Source: Bryobacterales bacterium
GTDB lineage: Bacteria; Acidobacteriota; Terriglobia; Bryobacterales; UBA6623
Reading direction: 5' to 3'
DNA: 64,000 nt
NCBI GenBank assembly: GCA_965205085.1
Contig: OZ242039.1
Span: 2,981,911 to 3,045,910 of the forward strand
Of this stretch, positions 40,887-51,009 are shown piece after piece. The notes under the pieces are model-generated. The model did no database searches, had not been told where the DNA came from, and was given only the letters and a program-made list of their open reading frames with translations. The position numbers were made by a program, and so were the translations under genes. The stretch's first letter is position 1; the number at the start of each line of letters is the position of its first letter.

Positions 40887-42579
40887 TGCCCTTCCTCAAC
40901 TCCTCGGCGAGGTACTCCGCGGTGCGCCAGGAGAGCGCGTTGATGGTCAGCGTCGGGTTCTTGTCCGGGTTGCTGACGAATGTCGAGCCGTCTGCAAGAA
41001 ACAGGTTCTTCACGTCGTGGGCCTGGCAGTACGGGTTGACCACCGAAGCCGCGGGCTTGTCTCCCATGCGGGCCGTCCCGACCTCGTGAATGATCGAACC
41101 CGGCACGGCAATCCCTTCGCGTTCGCGTTCCGGATTGCCGATTCCCAGAACCCTGCCTCCAGCGGCTTCGATCAGTTCCGTGAACGTGCGTTCCATGTGC
41201 CGTGCCTGCTTCCACTCGTAGTCGCCGAACGAAAAATGGAAGCGAGGTACGGGTATGCCCCAGCGGTCCACCACATCAGGGTCAATGTCCATGTAGCTCT
41301 GGTCGTTTGGAACCATCTCGCCCCGTCCCGAGAGCCCGATCGAGGTACCGTACTGTTCCCGCACCATGCGCTTGATGTCTTTCCCGTACCCGGCCGAGCG
41401 GGCGACGCCGGCGAAACTGCCCGGGCCCGGCATGCGGAACCCGCCGCCCATCTCGATGTGGTACCCGCGCGGAAAATCCAGCTTGCCATGGTCCTCCCAC
41501 AGCCACCATGGCGCATACAGATGGGCACCTCCGAAACCGTCCGTGTCGTACCGTGGCATGCCCTCCAGGGCAGGCAGTGTTCCCCGGAGGCTGAATCCGA
41601 CAGTGTCCATCAGGTAACGTCCGACCAGGCCCGAGCTGTTGGCGATTCCGTTGGGGAAGTGTCTCGACCTGGAGTTGAGCATCAGCCGCGCCGTCTCGCA
41701 CGACGAGGCGGCCAGCACGACGGCGCGGGCCTGAATCCTCTTCTCGGTTCGGGCATCCTTGTCGATGTAGACCACCCCGCGGGCGAGGCCTGACGGGGCA
41801 ACCTCGACCTCTCGGACCATCGCGTTGGTGATGACCGTCAGGTTGCCCGTCTTCATGGCCGGGAAGACATCCACCTGCGATGCCGAGTAGTTCGACTCCG
41901 TAAGGCAACCACGCCCACACTGGCCGCAGTAGTGACAGGCGGCCCGCCCGTTGACTGGCCGGGTGAGTACGGCGCGACGATTGGCGATGAAGGGCACACC
42001 CAGTTCCTTCCCGGCGGCCCGCACCAGCCGTTCGTGGACCTTTGGCTCGGGAGGGGCGTGGAACTTGCCGTCCGGAGCACTTCGGATGCCCTCGATGGAG
42101 CCCGTCACCCCGATGTAGTCCTCGGCCCGGTCATACCACGGAGCGACATCCTCATACGAGATGGGCCAGTCCCAGCCGACGCCGTCGCGGGAGTGCGGCT
42201 TGAAGTCCATGTCCGAAAACCGGAAGGACATGCGACCGTAGTGGTTGGTGCGGCCGCCGACGATGCGGGACCGGAACCAGTGGAATCGGGTTCCGGGGGC
42301 GGACGTGTACGGTTCGCCCTCGAGTTGCCACCCGCCGCTGACAGTGGTGAAGAACCCGAAGTCGGTGCCTTGGCCGAAGTAGGCCCTCCCGCCAGCCTCG
42401 GCGGCCCTGTGGCCGTAGTCGTGGGGCCACTGGTGGGTCTTGAAGTCCCTTTGAGGATCAAGCATGGGGCCGGCCTCGACCAGCGCGACCTTGATGCCTT
42501 TCTCGCCCAGCACACGCACCATGGTTCCGCCCCCGGCTCCGGCCCCGACGACGACCACGTCGTATTGCGTCTCCGGCAT
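40879..42579 (-). CDS. GMC-family oxidoreductase
   Basis: YDVVVVGAGAGGGTM FAD motif, 566 aa. Confidence 0.85.
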   Translation of the reverse strand: MPETQYDVVVVGAGAGGGTMVRVLGEKGIKVALVEAGPMLDPQRDFKTHQWPHDYGHRAAEAGGRAYFGQGTDFGFFTTVSGGWQLEGEPYTSAPGTRFHWFRSRIVGGRTNHYGRMSFRFSDMDFKPHSRDGVGWDWPISYEDVAPWYDRAEDYIGVTGSIEGIRSAPDGKFHAPPEPKVHERLVRAAGKELGVPFIANRRAVLTRPVNGRAACHYCGQCGRGCLTESNYSASQVDVFPAMKTGNLTVITNAMVREVEVAPSGLARGVVYIDKDARTEKRIQARAVVLAASSCETARLMLNSRSRHFPNGIANSSGLVGRYLMDTVGFSLRGTLPALEGMPRYDTDGFGGAHLYAPWWLWEDHGKLDFPRGYHIEMGGGFRMPGPGSFAGVARSAGYGKDIKRMVREQYGTSIGLSGRGEMVPNDQSYMDIDPDVVDRWGIPVPRFHFSFGDYEWKQARHMERTFTELIEAAGGRVLGIGNPEREREGIAVPGSIIHEVGTARMGDKPAASVVNPYCQAHDVKNLFLADGSTFVSNPDKNPTLTINALSWRTAEYLAEELRKGNV

Positions 42580-42655
42580 GACGGCTGACTCCCCCGCTAG
42601 GGCCTCGGGCCCTGTCCGGGCACCCCGCGATCAGGCGATGGCACGGTCCGAATCC

Positions 42656-44623
42656 CTACAGTCCGTCCGGCAGCGGGTCCGGCTGCTTGCTGACGACGCC
42701 TTCATACGCCTCGGTGATCGAGATATTGTGCGCTGTCAGGGTATGCCCCGTGGACTGGTCCAGATTGATTTGCGCATTGATGTACTCATTCATGGTCGCA
42801 ATCACGCTGGTTCGGGCGTTGGCCAGGTCCCGCTGGGCCTGAACGACCTGGAAGATGGTTGATGCCCCCAGGTCATAGCGCTTCTGCTCAGCTTCCAGCG
42901 CGGCTCGCTGAAGTTCCTGCGACTTGATGGCGGCGACGTAGCGGGCACGCGCCTGCTGGATGCGGATCACTGCCGATTGCACTTCAGACCGGATCGCGTT
43001 CTCGGCCTGCACCAACTGGATCTCCTGCTGCCGCTTCTCAAGCAGGGCTGCCGTGTAGTCGGCCCGGGCCTGGCGGTTCTTCAGCGGAATGTTGAGTTGC
43101 AAGCGAAGCTGGTAATCGGGGAAGTTCCGGCGCAGCAGCTGGGACATCGCGTTGCCGACACCGCCGAGAAAGAACGGGGACACGTACGAACTCTGTCCGG
43201 GACTTGGCAGGAAGAGCTCATTGAACGATCCGGCCAGGGCGTTGTTCGTAAGGTCTACAGTGAGGTCGGCGCTCGGTCGCATGCCGTTCTTGACACCGAT
43301 CAGGCCGAGATCCGTATTCTTCATCCGGATGCGATTCTGGGCCATGTCGGCCCTGGCGCTCAGGGCGAGATCCATCAGCGCCGGCAGCGGCTCGACCTGC
43401 GACTCGATATCGACGCGAATTTCGTCTGTCGGCACGATCTCCGCATGCAGGAGCGTGGGACTGGCGATCCCGTTCACGCTGATAGCGTCTTTCAGCAGGG
43501 TCTCCTGCAGCTGGACCTCGGTCTGGGCAGCCGTGAGGTCCGCCTCGCGGGCCGCGACCTCGGCTTCCGCGCGAATGATCTCAATGGGGGCGAGAGTGCC
43601 AACTTCGACGCGCCGCTTGTTGTCGCTGTAGAGCTTCTTGGCCAGTTCCAGATTCTGGCGCTGGCTCTCCAACTGCGAGTGGAGCGAAACCAGCCCCCAG
43701 TAGATGCCCGCCACCCGCGTGACCACCTCCTCCACCTGCCTCTTGAACTGGAGGTTGGAAATCTCGTGGTTGTTGCTGGCTACGCGGATGTTGCGGGTGT
43801 TGACCGCAATTCCGAACCCTTGCAGCAAGGGCTGGGTAAGCCTCAGCGTCAGAGCACTGACCAAGGAGGGGTTGAAGTTGGTGCGGAGGCTGTTGGTCTC
43901 CGCTCGGGAATTCGCCCAGACCAGCGCCATCGTGGCTCCCGTCACGAAGCCCTGGCGCACGCCCACCTGGGAGTTGGCGATTTCCCTCACCAGCGTGCTG
44001 GTGCCGGTCACCAGGTCGCTGGTTTGAGGATTCGAGAAGTGTCCCCAGTCGAGGCTGCCGAACATGGAAGGATCCAGATTCACGGCCTGGGTTCCGAAGA
44101 ATGTGCTGGCATCTCCTATGCTCGCCGCACCACCGCCACCGCCGCCGGCTCCGGCACCCGCCAAGCCTGCGCCACCGCCGCCAGCCCGCTGGGTGATGCC
44201 GGTAGCCTGCCCGACTGGCCTGTTTCCGCCGGTGTCGCCGAGGCCCGTGGAGAGGGTGCTGATCTGGTTCTGCACACCCCGGAGTTGTGCCCCGGACTTC
44301 GCCCTCAGAAGGTCGTTGGCGGCGCTCCGGGGGCCGTAGCGGGACCATGCTATGTCGAGATTGTTCTCGATCGCCAACGCAAGGGCATCCGACAACGACA
44401 GGTACAGCTTCGCGTCGTGAAGGAGTGCCTCGAGACGTCCAGAGTTGCCCAGGGAAATCTCGGGAACGTCCGGAGCGTCGAAAATGTTCAGGAACGGCGG
44501 CCAGCCCGAGACCCCCTCACTGTAGTCAATCGGTCTCGAACGAATGGTCTGCGCACTGGCCGACGGCTGCAGGAGCAGGGTCGCCACCAGGAGGAGCGAC
44601 AGTTCAACACACCGGTTCTTCAT
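42656..44623 (-). CDS. TolC-family outer-membrane efflux protein
   Basis: Signal peptide LLLVATLLLQPSASAQ. Two TolC-type repeat halves with coiled-coil segments, and a Gly/Ala-rich insert. Confidence 0.8.
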   Translation of the reverse strand: MKNRCVELSLLLVATLLLQPSASAQTIRSRPIDYSEGVSGWPPFLNIFDAPDVPEISLGNSGRLEALLHDAKLYLSLSDALALAIENNLDIAWSRYGPRSAANDLLRAKSGAQLRGVQNQISTLSTGLGDTGGNRPVGQATGITQRAGGGGAGLAGAGAGGGGGGAASIGDASTFFGTQAVNLDPSMFGSLDWGHFSNPQTSDLVTGTSTLVREIANSQVGVRQGFVTGATMALVWANSRAETNSLRTNFNPSLVSALTLRLTQPLLQGFGIAVNTRNIRVASNNHEISNLQFKRQVEEVVTRVAGIYWGLVSLHSQLESQRQNLELAKKLYSDNKRRVEVGTLAPIEIIRAEAEVAAREADLTAAQTEVQLQETLLKDAISVNGIASPTLLHAEIVPTDEIRVDIESQVEPLPALMDLALSARADMAQNRIRMKNTDLGLIGVKNGMRPSADLTVDLTNNALAGSFNELFLPSPGQSSYVSPFFLGGVGNAMSQLLRRNFPDYQLRLQLNIPLKNRQARADYTAALLEKRQQEIQLVQAENAIRSEVQSAVIRIQQARARYVAAIKSQELQRAALEAEQKRYDLGASTIFQVVQAQRDLANARTSVIATMNEYINAQINLDQSTGHTLTAHNISITEAYEGVVSKQPDPLPDGL

Positions 44624-44743
44624 TGGGGGTAGTCAAACGAGGCACTGCCGGCTAGGGTACAGTATCCCAAAGTAGCTAGACGTTTGGCGGTACTCGCTGG
44701 TTACTGGATCCGGCACGGGTCCGCACTGCTGCCCTTTAAGGTA

Positions 44744-45541
44744 ATGCAACCTGTCCGTACGTGGAAGCTGACCCTATCGTACGACGGAACGGACTTCGCT
44801 GGCTGGCAGGTCCAACCGCAGCAAAGAACGGTCCAGGGGCTGCTGGAAAGTTCGCTCGCGCGCATTGAAGGGGCACCGGTCAGGGCCACCGGGTCCGGGC
44901 GAACCGACGCCGGTGTCCACGCGATCGCACAGGTCGCTTCGTGCGCGATGCGCAACCCGATTCCGCCGGACGGGCTGTTGAAGGCGCTCAACCGCTTGCT
45001 CCCGGCCGAGATCAGGATTACCGCGGTGCGTGAGGCGCACCACGGTTTCCATGCCCGACACACCGCATTGGCGAAGACCTACGAATACCGGATTCACCGC
45101 GGGGCGATCTGCCCGCCATTCGAATCGCGCTACACCCACTGGCACCCCTATCCGCTGGACGAGGTGACCATGGCGCTTGCGGCGACACGCTTCGAAGGCG
45201 AACTGGACTTTCGCTCGTTCGCATCTGCGAGCAATATGCCGGTTGCGTCGACAGTGCGAACGGTCTTTTCCTCGTCACTGCGCCGCGAGGGAGACCGCCT
45301 GCTCTTCCGTGTCCGAGGATCCGGTTTTCTCTACCGGATGGTCCGCAACCTGGCCGGAACCCTGCTTGAGGTCGGGCGCGGCAATCTCAGCCCCGACGAC
45401 ATGGACCGCATCCTCAACGCCGGGGAGCGCCAGGCTGCCGGCCCGACCGCACCGGCTTGCGGCCTGTTCCTGCATAGCGTCGAGTATCCGTCGGGCAGGG
45501 CCCCTGAGAGAGGCGGCCCTAGTTCGATCTCGACACGATGA
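44744..45541 (+). CDS. truA: tRNA pseudouridine(38-40) synthase
   Basis: WKLTLSYDGTDFAGWQVQP, GSGRTDAGVHA. Confidence 0.9.
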   Translation: MQPVRTWKLTLSYDGTDFAGWQVQPQQRTVQGLLESSLARIEGAPVRATGSGRTDAGVHAIAQVASCAMRNPIPPDGLLKALNRLLPAEIRITAVREAHHGFHARHTALAKTYEYRIHRGAICPPFESRYTHWHPYPLDEVTMALAATRFEGELDFRSFASASNMPVASTVRTVFSSSLRREGDRLLFRVRGSGFLYRMVRNLAGTLLEVGRGNLSPDDMDRILNAGERQAAGPTAPACGLFLHSVEYPSGRAPERGGPSSISTR

Positions 45542-46397
45542 ACTGGGCGATCTCGCGCAGCATTCGGCCGGAATCGCCCAGGCAGTGAATCGCGTCGAGG
45601 GCATCCCGCAGACACTGGCGAGCCCTTTCCAGCGCCCCCCCGATCCCATACAGGGCTGGATAGGTGGCCTTGTCCTGCGAGATGTCCTTGCCAGCGGTCT
45701 TGCCGAGTTCGTCCGATGTGGACACCACATCGAGCACGTCGTCAACGATCTGGAAAGCCAGCCCGATGCGCCCCCCGAACTCTCCTAGCGCCGCCAGCCG
45801 CAGCGGGTCGGTTTCCGCACAGATGCCCCCGAACCGGACGGAGGCGCGAATCAGCGCAGCTGTCTTCCTGCGGTGGATGGACTCCAGCCAGCCAGCCGTC
45901 GGCTGCACACCGACAGCTTCGAGATCGGCAACCTGCCCTCCGATCATTCCCTCGGGCGTCCCGCTGGCAGCAGCCAATTCCGCGACCAGCGCAGTCCGGG
46001 TACTGAATGACAGGCCGAGCCTTGCGAGTATCTGGAACGCCAGCGTTTGCAGGGCGTCGCCGGCGAGAATCGCGACCGCCTCGCCGTAGGCCTTGTGACA
46101 GGTCGGCCTTCCCCGTCGCACATCGTCGTTGTCGAGCGCCGGCAAATCGTCGTGAATCAAGGAGTAGGTGTGAATACACTCGAGCGCGCACGCGGCCGGC
46201 AGGGCCGCCTGTGCGTTGCCGCACGCTTCGGCTGCAGCGATGGCCAAGATCGGCCGGACCCGCTTGCCGCCAGCGAACACGCTGTGGCGTATCGCCGCAT
46301 GGATGGTGCCTGGCGGCTCGTCAGCCGCGGGCAGCAACCGGTCGAGTTCTGCGTTGACCGCATCCCGGTGGCTGCCCAGATAATCCTGCAGGTTCAC
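45519..46397 (-). CDS. ispA: Polyprenyl (farnesyl/geranylgeranyl) diphosphate synthase
   Basis: HTYSLIHDDLPALDNDDVRRGRPTCH and FQIVDDVLD Asp-rich motifs. Sits downstream of xseB as in the conserved xseB-ispA arrangement. 23-nt convergent overlap with truA. Confidence 0.85.
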   Translation of the reverse strand: MNLQDYLGSHRDAVNAELDRLLPAADEPPGTIHAAIRHSVFAGGKRVRPILAIAAAEACGNAQAALPAACALECIHTYSLIHDDLPALDNDDVRRGRPTCHKAYGEAVAILAGDALQTLAFQILARLGLSFSTRTALVAELAAASGTPEGMIGGQVADLEAVGVQPTAGWLESIHRRKTAALIRASVRFGGICAETDPLRLAALGEFGGRIGLAFQIVDDVLDVVSTSDELGKTAGKDISQDKATYPALYGIGGALERARQCLRDALDAIHCLGDSGRMLREIAQFIVSRSN

Positions 46398-46409
46398 GGG
46401 CGGGAACTG

Positions 46410-46667
46410 TCAGGACGGCACTTCGAAACCATCGGTGCGGGAGTACGGCTCCGGCTCGTACCGGTCGTTCTTCCGGGTCAGCACCTCAACCCTGGACTCG
46501 GCCGAGTCGAGTTGCTTGCGGAGTCCCTGGCTGAGCTGAACACCCTCCTCGAACAGCTTCAGGGACTGCTCCAGGGCGACATCTCCTGCCTCAAGCTGCT
46601 TGACAATCCCTTCGAGTTTCTCTAGGCCCTGCTCGAACGACAACGGGCCTTGCGGCTGATCAGACAT
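46410..46667 (-). CDS. xseB: Exodeoxyribonuclease VII small subunit
   Basis: LSFEQGLEKLEGIVKQLEAGDVALEQSLKLFEEGVQL. Confidence 0.85.
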   Translation of the reverse strand: MSDQPQGPLSFEQGLEKLEGIVKQLEAGDVALEQSLKLFEEGVQLSQGLRKQLDSAESRVEVLTRKNDRYEPEPYSRTDGFEVPS

Positions 46668-46903
46668 CGGATACCTGGCAATCATGGGGCATTATATCGG
46701 ACCGCGGGGACGAACGCCGACTGCGCGGCACCACCCTTCACTCCCTGACCGCGACCACCGAGTGACGATGAGCCGATGGTCCGGCCGACCGTGGCTGTGC
46801 AGTTGATGTGGCGGGCATCTGTCGGGGACAGGGCCCCTGTACTGGACTGCAAGACGGAATCGCGCGGTCCGGTGCGACAATGGCATGTCGCCGGGAGCTG
46901 TCG

Positions 46904-48181
46904 ATGCCGCCATTTCCGTGGTCGCTGTTCGAGATCGAGTCGCTTGCCGGAAGCGGCGCGCTGACGGCCGAGAGCATGCTCCAAGCCACCGAGGACGCCA
47001 TCCACGCCTCGGAACCCGCGATCCACGCCTGGGTGCATCTCGACGTGGACAAGGCAAGGCGGCGCGCCGACATGCTGACGCACACCGGCCCGCCCCCGGT
47101 GGCGAGCCCGCTGCAAGGGGTTCCCTACGGGGCCAAGGACATCTTCGACACCGCCGAGATGCCCACCGAATGGGGCTCGGCGACGCAGCGGGGCCGGAGC
47201 GTGTCCAGCGACTCCGAACTCGTGGCGAGACTGGAATCCCTAGGCGCCGTTCTGGTCGGAAAGACTCATACGACGGCATACGCATTCCTCGATCCGGCAC
47301 CCACGAGGAATCCCGCCAATCCAGCCCATACTCCCGGCGGTTCGTCCAGCGGGTCGGCAGCCGCCGTCGCGGCAGGCATGGTGCCTCTGGCCATCGGCAG
47401 CCAGACCCAGGGATCGGTTCTGCGGCCCGCGTCCTATTGCGGCATCGCCGGATTCAAGCCAAGTTTCGGTAAGCTGCCGCTCGGCGGGGTAATGCCGTTT
47501 GCCCCAATGCTCGATCACGCGGGTTTGTTCGCCCGGGATGCAAGAGATGTCCAGATCGTCTGGCGAGCCTTGGGATTCGATGTCGTCCGGGCCTTCGCAC
47601 CGGCCATCACCGTTCTGGACTGGCCACCCGTCGGTCGAGTGGAACCGTCGATGGCCGCAACGTTCCGGACGGCCATGCAAACACTGTCTGCCCAAGGCGT
47701 CCGCATCACCCGGTCGCCTCGCCCGCGATGGTTCGAGGAACTACCCGGAACCCTGCGTACAGTGATGGCTTGGGAAGCGGCCCAAGAGCATTGGGAACGC
47801 TACCGAGCGTTCGGCAAAGCAATCGGAACCAGCCTTGCGGCCTTGCTCGAGGAGGGGCACGGGATTGTCGTCGAGGACTATCGCGTCGCCGTCGACACCC
47901 TGCTTGCGATCCGACGGAAATTCGCCGAGTGGTCCTTCAACCATCCCGTGATCGCCACACCGGCAGCAATGGGTCCGCCCCCGCCCGGCCTCGGGTCCAC
48001 GGGGGATCCGCGGTGCAATGCGCCGTTCACCGCACTCGGAGTCCCGGCGATCTCGATTCCTATGCCAGTCGCAGAGGGGGAGCTTCCCCACGGGCTGCAA
48101 CTGGCGGCACCCATCCACAAGGATGCGGCCCTGCTGGCTGCCGCTGTCGTCTGCGAGGCCCTACTCCGCGGCGACGCCTAG
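46904..48181 (+). CDS. Amidase-signature family protein
   Basis: GVPYGAKDIFDT, GGSSSGSAAAVAAGMVPLAIGSQTQGSVLRPASYCG. Confidence 0.85.
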   Translation: MPPFPWSLFEIESLAGSGALTAESMLQATEDAIHASEPAIHAWVHLDVDKARRRADMLTHTGPPPVASPLQGVPYGAKDIFDTAEMPTEWGSATQRGRSVSSDSELVARLESLGAVLVGKTHTTAYAFLDPAPTRNPANPAHTPGGSSSGSAAAVAAGMVPLAIGSQTQGSVLRPASYCGIAGFKPSFGKLPLGGVMPFAPMLDHAGLFARDARDVQIVWRALGFDVVRAFAPAITVLDWPPVGRVEPSMAATFRTAMQTLSAQGVRITRSPRPRWFEELPGTLRTVMAWEAAQEHWERYRAFGKAIGTSLAALLEEGHGIVVEDYRVAVDTLLAIRRKFAEWSFNHPVIATPAAMGPPPPGLGSTGDPRCNAPFTALGVPAISIPMPVAEGELPHGLQLAAPIHKDAALLAAAVVCEALLRGDA

Positions 48182-48284
48182 CTGCGGAAGGCAAACCAGT
48201 GACCCGCGAGGCTCGATGCTCGGCAGGGAGTCCAGGTTCGGGCTCAGGCTAACTGCCCGTCCCAAGACGCAGGCTACCGCTTGG

Positions 48285-48593
48285 AGTAGCCCCTTTGGGT
48301 AGACAGATGAGGTAGCGTGAATGGGAGTAGCCGGCAGGCCTGTGAGATCTGGGGCAAGGAGGCCCAAAGCGATAGGCATCAAGCCAGTGTCCAAGGCCCG
48401 CCCGCATGGGTCTCGGGAGGAACTCACTCTCATTTCATCGGGCCGGCATCGGCGTATCCGGAGTCGCCCTCAGCGATCGTCCAGCGGGCCGGGGAGCTTC
48501 CAGTGCTACTGCAGTTACCGGCCCGGCACTGAGGGTAGCCACCTCTGGCAAATGCACCACAACCTCCTGCGAGAATGACTCGTTCCCTTCCTC
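48285..48593 (-). repeat. Diverged, inverted sixth copy (S6) of the array 3' module
   Basis: The reverse complement aligns block-wise with 8215-8530 (GGGAACGAG, GTTGTGGTGCA, CTGCAGTAGCACTGGAAG, GACGATCGCTGAGGGCGACTCCGGATACGCCGATG, CGATGAA, CCCATTCACGCTACCTCATCTGTC). Confidence 0.75.
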
Positions 48594-48850
48594 TCACGGC
48601 GGCTCTGCTCGAACGTCCAGCAGGTTTCTCGCCTCGCGTCCGCAGGTCACACCCATCAGATGGACCGGCTCGGCGTTGCCGCCGTACTTGTCCACATAGC
48701 CCCGCCCGCCGCGCCTCTGGGCCATCTTGAACTCCAGAACGAAGACCTGCCCGCAGTGACAGACCGCCATGTCCGTCCGGCCGCGGGAGGAGGCCTCCTC
48801 CACCCTCAGGTCCGCGCCGCCGGCCCGCAGGCAAATGGCGAGCGGTGCAC
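48594..48850 (-). pseudogene. 3'-terminal remnant of an AAA-ATPase-like / PD-(D/E)XK array-type gene
   Basis: CLRAGGADLRVEEASSRGRTDMAVCHCGQVFVLEFKMAQ..RGYVDKYGGNAEPVHLMGVTCGREARNLLDVRAEPP*. It has an internal deletion relative to the array copies and an upstream in-frame stop. Confidence 0.8.
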
Positions 48851-48959
48851 GTCGGTCAGCTCAGCGTGCACGATGTGTCGGAGGCTGTGGCGACCTCGAC
48901 CGATTCGGTGCGACCGGGCGTGCAGTAGGCCGAGCGCGACCAGGGTACCCGGCGGGGTG

Positions 48960-49640
48960 GTTTTGGGGAGCAAGGAACGTGCGGAGCTGGTGCAATTGCG
49001 GCGGCAGTTGGACCGGATGGATAGGGGGATCATGGCAAGGGCAATAGCCTCGTTCGCTCCGGAAACCGTTTCGATACCCCGAGTGTGTTCGAATTCGTAC
49101 GGGCTGGCCCGGGGCAGAATCCAATTGCCTGCCAGTACCGGCTGCCGAGCGTCGCCCCCGGTGGGACAACCCGCCTGGAACTTCGGGCGAAGCCGCCAGC
49201 GAACCTTGTGTGGCGACAGTTCCGGGTCAGTCGGCCGGATGGGTTGGGGTGGCGAGATCACGAATCTCCCTGCCCGGCTTTGGGTTACCTGTCTGGTGGT
49301 GCTGATGGACGTCTTCAGACGCAAGATCGCGGGGTAGGCGGAGAGCAGCCGTCGGAGCGTGGAGTTGGTGCAGGCGGCGTTGCGTCCGGCCATCGCCATG
49401 CCTCTTGCGCCGACAGTTCTCCTGTCCCGCACCACTCTGGCTGCTATTGCCGATCAACCACGGCTCCGTCCACCCCTCGGGCGCAGTGCTCTGTCCGACG
49501 CAGGGTTCGAGATGCCTTGGCAGACAGATTCCGGCACCAGCATGAAAGCGACAATCGTGAATGTCTTGCCTGATGTGGCCGACTCGTCCCGATTGGCTGT
49601 GCCCAACCGTGACTCTGCATTGCGATTGTTGGGCGGGGAC
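48960..49640 (+). mobile_element. Heavily decayed IS3-family remnant
   Basis: Scattered over three frames: KERAELVQLRRQLDRMDRGIMARAIASFAPE (OrfA end), EITNLPARLWVTCLVVLMDVFRRKIAG (OrfB TDITY...YLxxVxDxFSRKIVG-like), and later TVLLSRTTL...SMKATIV. Limits approximate. Confidence 0.5.
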
Positions 49641-49686
49641 GCGAGGATGTCTGCAGATCCGGGGACCCGCCGGTCACCGTCAAGGC

Positions 49687-50385
49687 CTACCAGTTGTAGG
49701 TGTCGCCCGGCTTCAGGTCGGGTACGGTGACGGGGCTGTCCGGCCCCAGTTTCGCCCGGAGTTCCTGTGGGGTGCCCGTGAGTGCAGGGAAGGTCCCCCA
49801 GTGCATCGGCAACACGACCTGGGGGGCCAGGAACTCGCAGGCCAACACGGCCGATTCCGGTCCCATGGTGTAGAGGTCACCGATCGGAAGCATGGCCAGT
49901 GAGGGCTGGTGCAGTCGCCGGATCAACTGCATGTCACCGAACACGTCGGTATCCCCTGCACAGTAGAAGGTCCGCTGGTCGGGTTGGCGAATCACGAATC
50001 CCGCGGCCACGCCCCCGTACAGTGGCTTGCCGCCCTCGTCGATCGAACTGCTGTGCAGTGCCTGCGTCATGGTGATGCGGAGGCCTTGCGTATCCAGGCT
50101 ACCGCCGAGATTCATCCCCGTGACTCTCGCAATGCGCTTCGAGCCCAGCCAGCCAGCGACTTCGAATGTGCACAAGACTTCGGGGGCGTGCTGCCGCGCC
50201 ACTTCCACAGCGCCGCCGATATGATCGAAATGCCCGTGCGTTACCAGCAGAAGGTCGATTCTCGGGATCTTGAATCCGTCCGGAAAGGATGGATTGCCTG
50301 AAAACCACGGATCAATGAGGATGACCGGCCCATCGCCGACCTCGATGAGGAACGTCGAGTGACCCAGCCAGGTGAATCTCGTCAT
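49687..50385 (-). CDS. MBL-fold metal-dependent hydrolase (UPF0173-like)
   Basis: MTRFTWLGHSTFLIEVG...LLLVTHGHFDHIGG. Confidence 0.8.
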   Translation of the reverse strand: MTRFTWLGHSTFLIEVGDGPVILIDPWFSGNPSFPDGFKIPRIDLLLVTHGHFDHIGGAVEVARQHAPEVLCTFEVAGWLGSKRIARVTGMNLGGSLDTQGLRITMTQALHSSSIDEGGKPLYGGVAAGFVIRQPDQRTFYCAGDTDVFGDMQLIRRLHQPSLAMLPIGDLYTMGPESAVLACEFLAPQVVLPMHWGTFPALTGTPQELRAKLGPDSPVTVPDLKPGDTYNW

Positions 50386-50422
50386 GCCCACGGAATTCTC
50401 GCCGACGCAGACCTCGATTCTA

Positions 50423-50902
50423 TCACCCGGTCCGAGTTTTCGGTTTCGCTGTCGGCACTCCGGCGAGGGTGTCCCGCTCGAGTGTCGGCGGCTTCCGGCG
50501 CTGCCCCTGATCGACCGGTGCAAGTCTCAGAACCGCCTCGACCAGGTCGAACTGTTCGTGCGGCCCTTTCTCCAGCACCAGATCGGCTCCCGTCGACTCG
50601 GGAGTCAGCGAAAGTTGGTTCGCCAGGCCCGTCAGGAGTACGAGCGGCACCTCCGGTGCGACCGACCGCAGCTTGGCAATGACTTCGTCTCCATACATTC
50701 CTCCGGGCATGCGATAGTCGGTCACTGCCAGGCTGAACGGCGCGCTCCCCGCAGATGAGCGGAAGAGCTCCAGCCCCTTCTCCCCGCTGGTAGCCGTCAC
50801 GACCTCATACCCGAGGTTCCTCAGAATGAACTTACGCGCTGCTAGTCCACCGCAGTTATCGTCAATCAGCAGGATTCGAACCTGTCCCTCGTTTCCACGC
50901 AT
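50423..50902 (-). CDS. Response regulator receiver-domain protein
   Basis: VRILLIDDN...LAVTDYRMPGGMYGDEVIAKL...PLVLLTG. Confidence 0.8.
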   Translation of the reverse strand: MRGNEGQVRILLIDDNCGGLAARKFILRNLGYEVVTATSGEKGLELFRSSAGSAPFSLAVTDYRMPGGMYGDEVIAKLRSVAPEVPLVLLTGLANQLSLTPESTGADLVLEKGPHEQFDLVEAVLRLAPVDQGQRRKPPTLERDTLAGVPTAKPKTRTG

Positions 50903-51009
50903 GGCAGGAATTCAATATAGCGCCTACCGCAGCCCCTGTTTGGGAGACCGCAAATCGGCACCTGGAGCGAGGCTGGCTTCATCTCCGGGAGCCCTCCGGG
51001 AGGGCCCCG

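Noticed and set aside
44100-44200. GC-only low-complexity stretch (gccgccaccgcc...).
   Set aside because: It encodes a Gly/Ala-rich insert (GGGGAGLAGAGAGGGGGGAA) within the TolC-family protein and keeps the reading frame.
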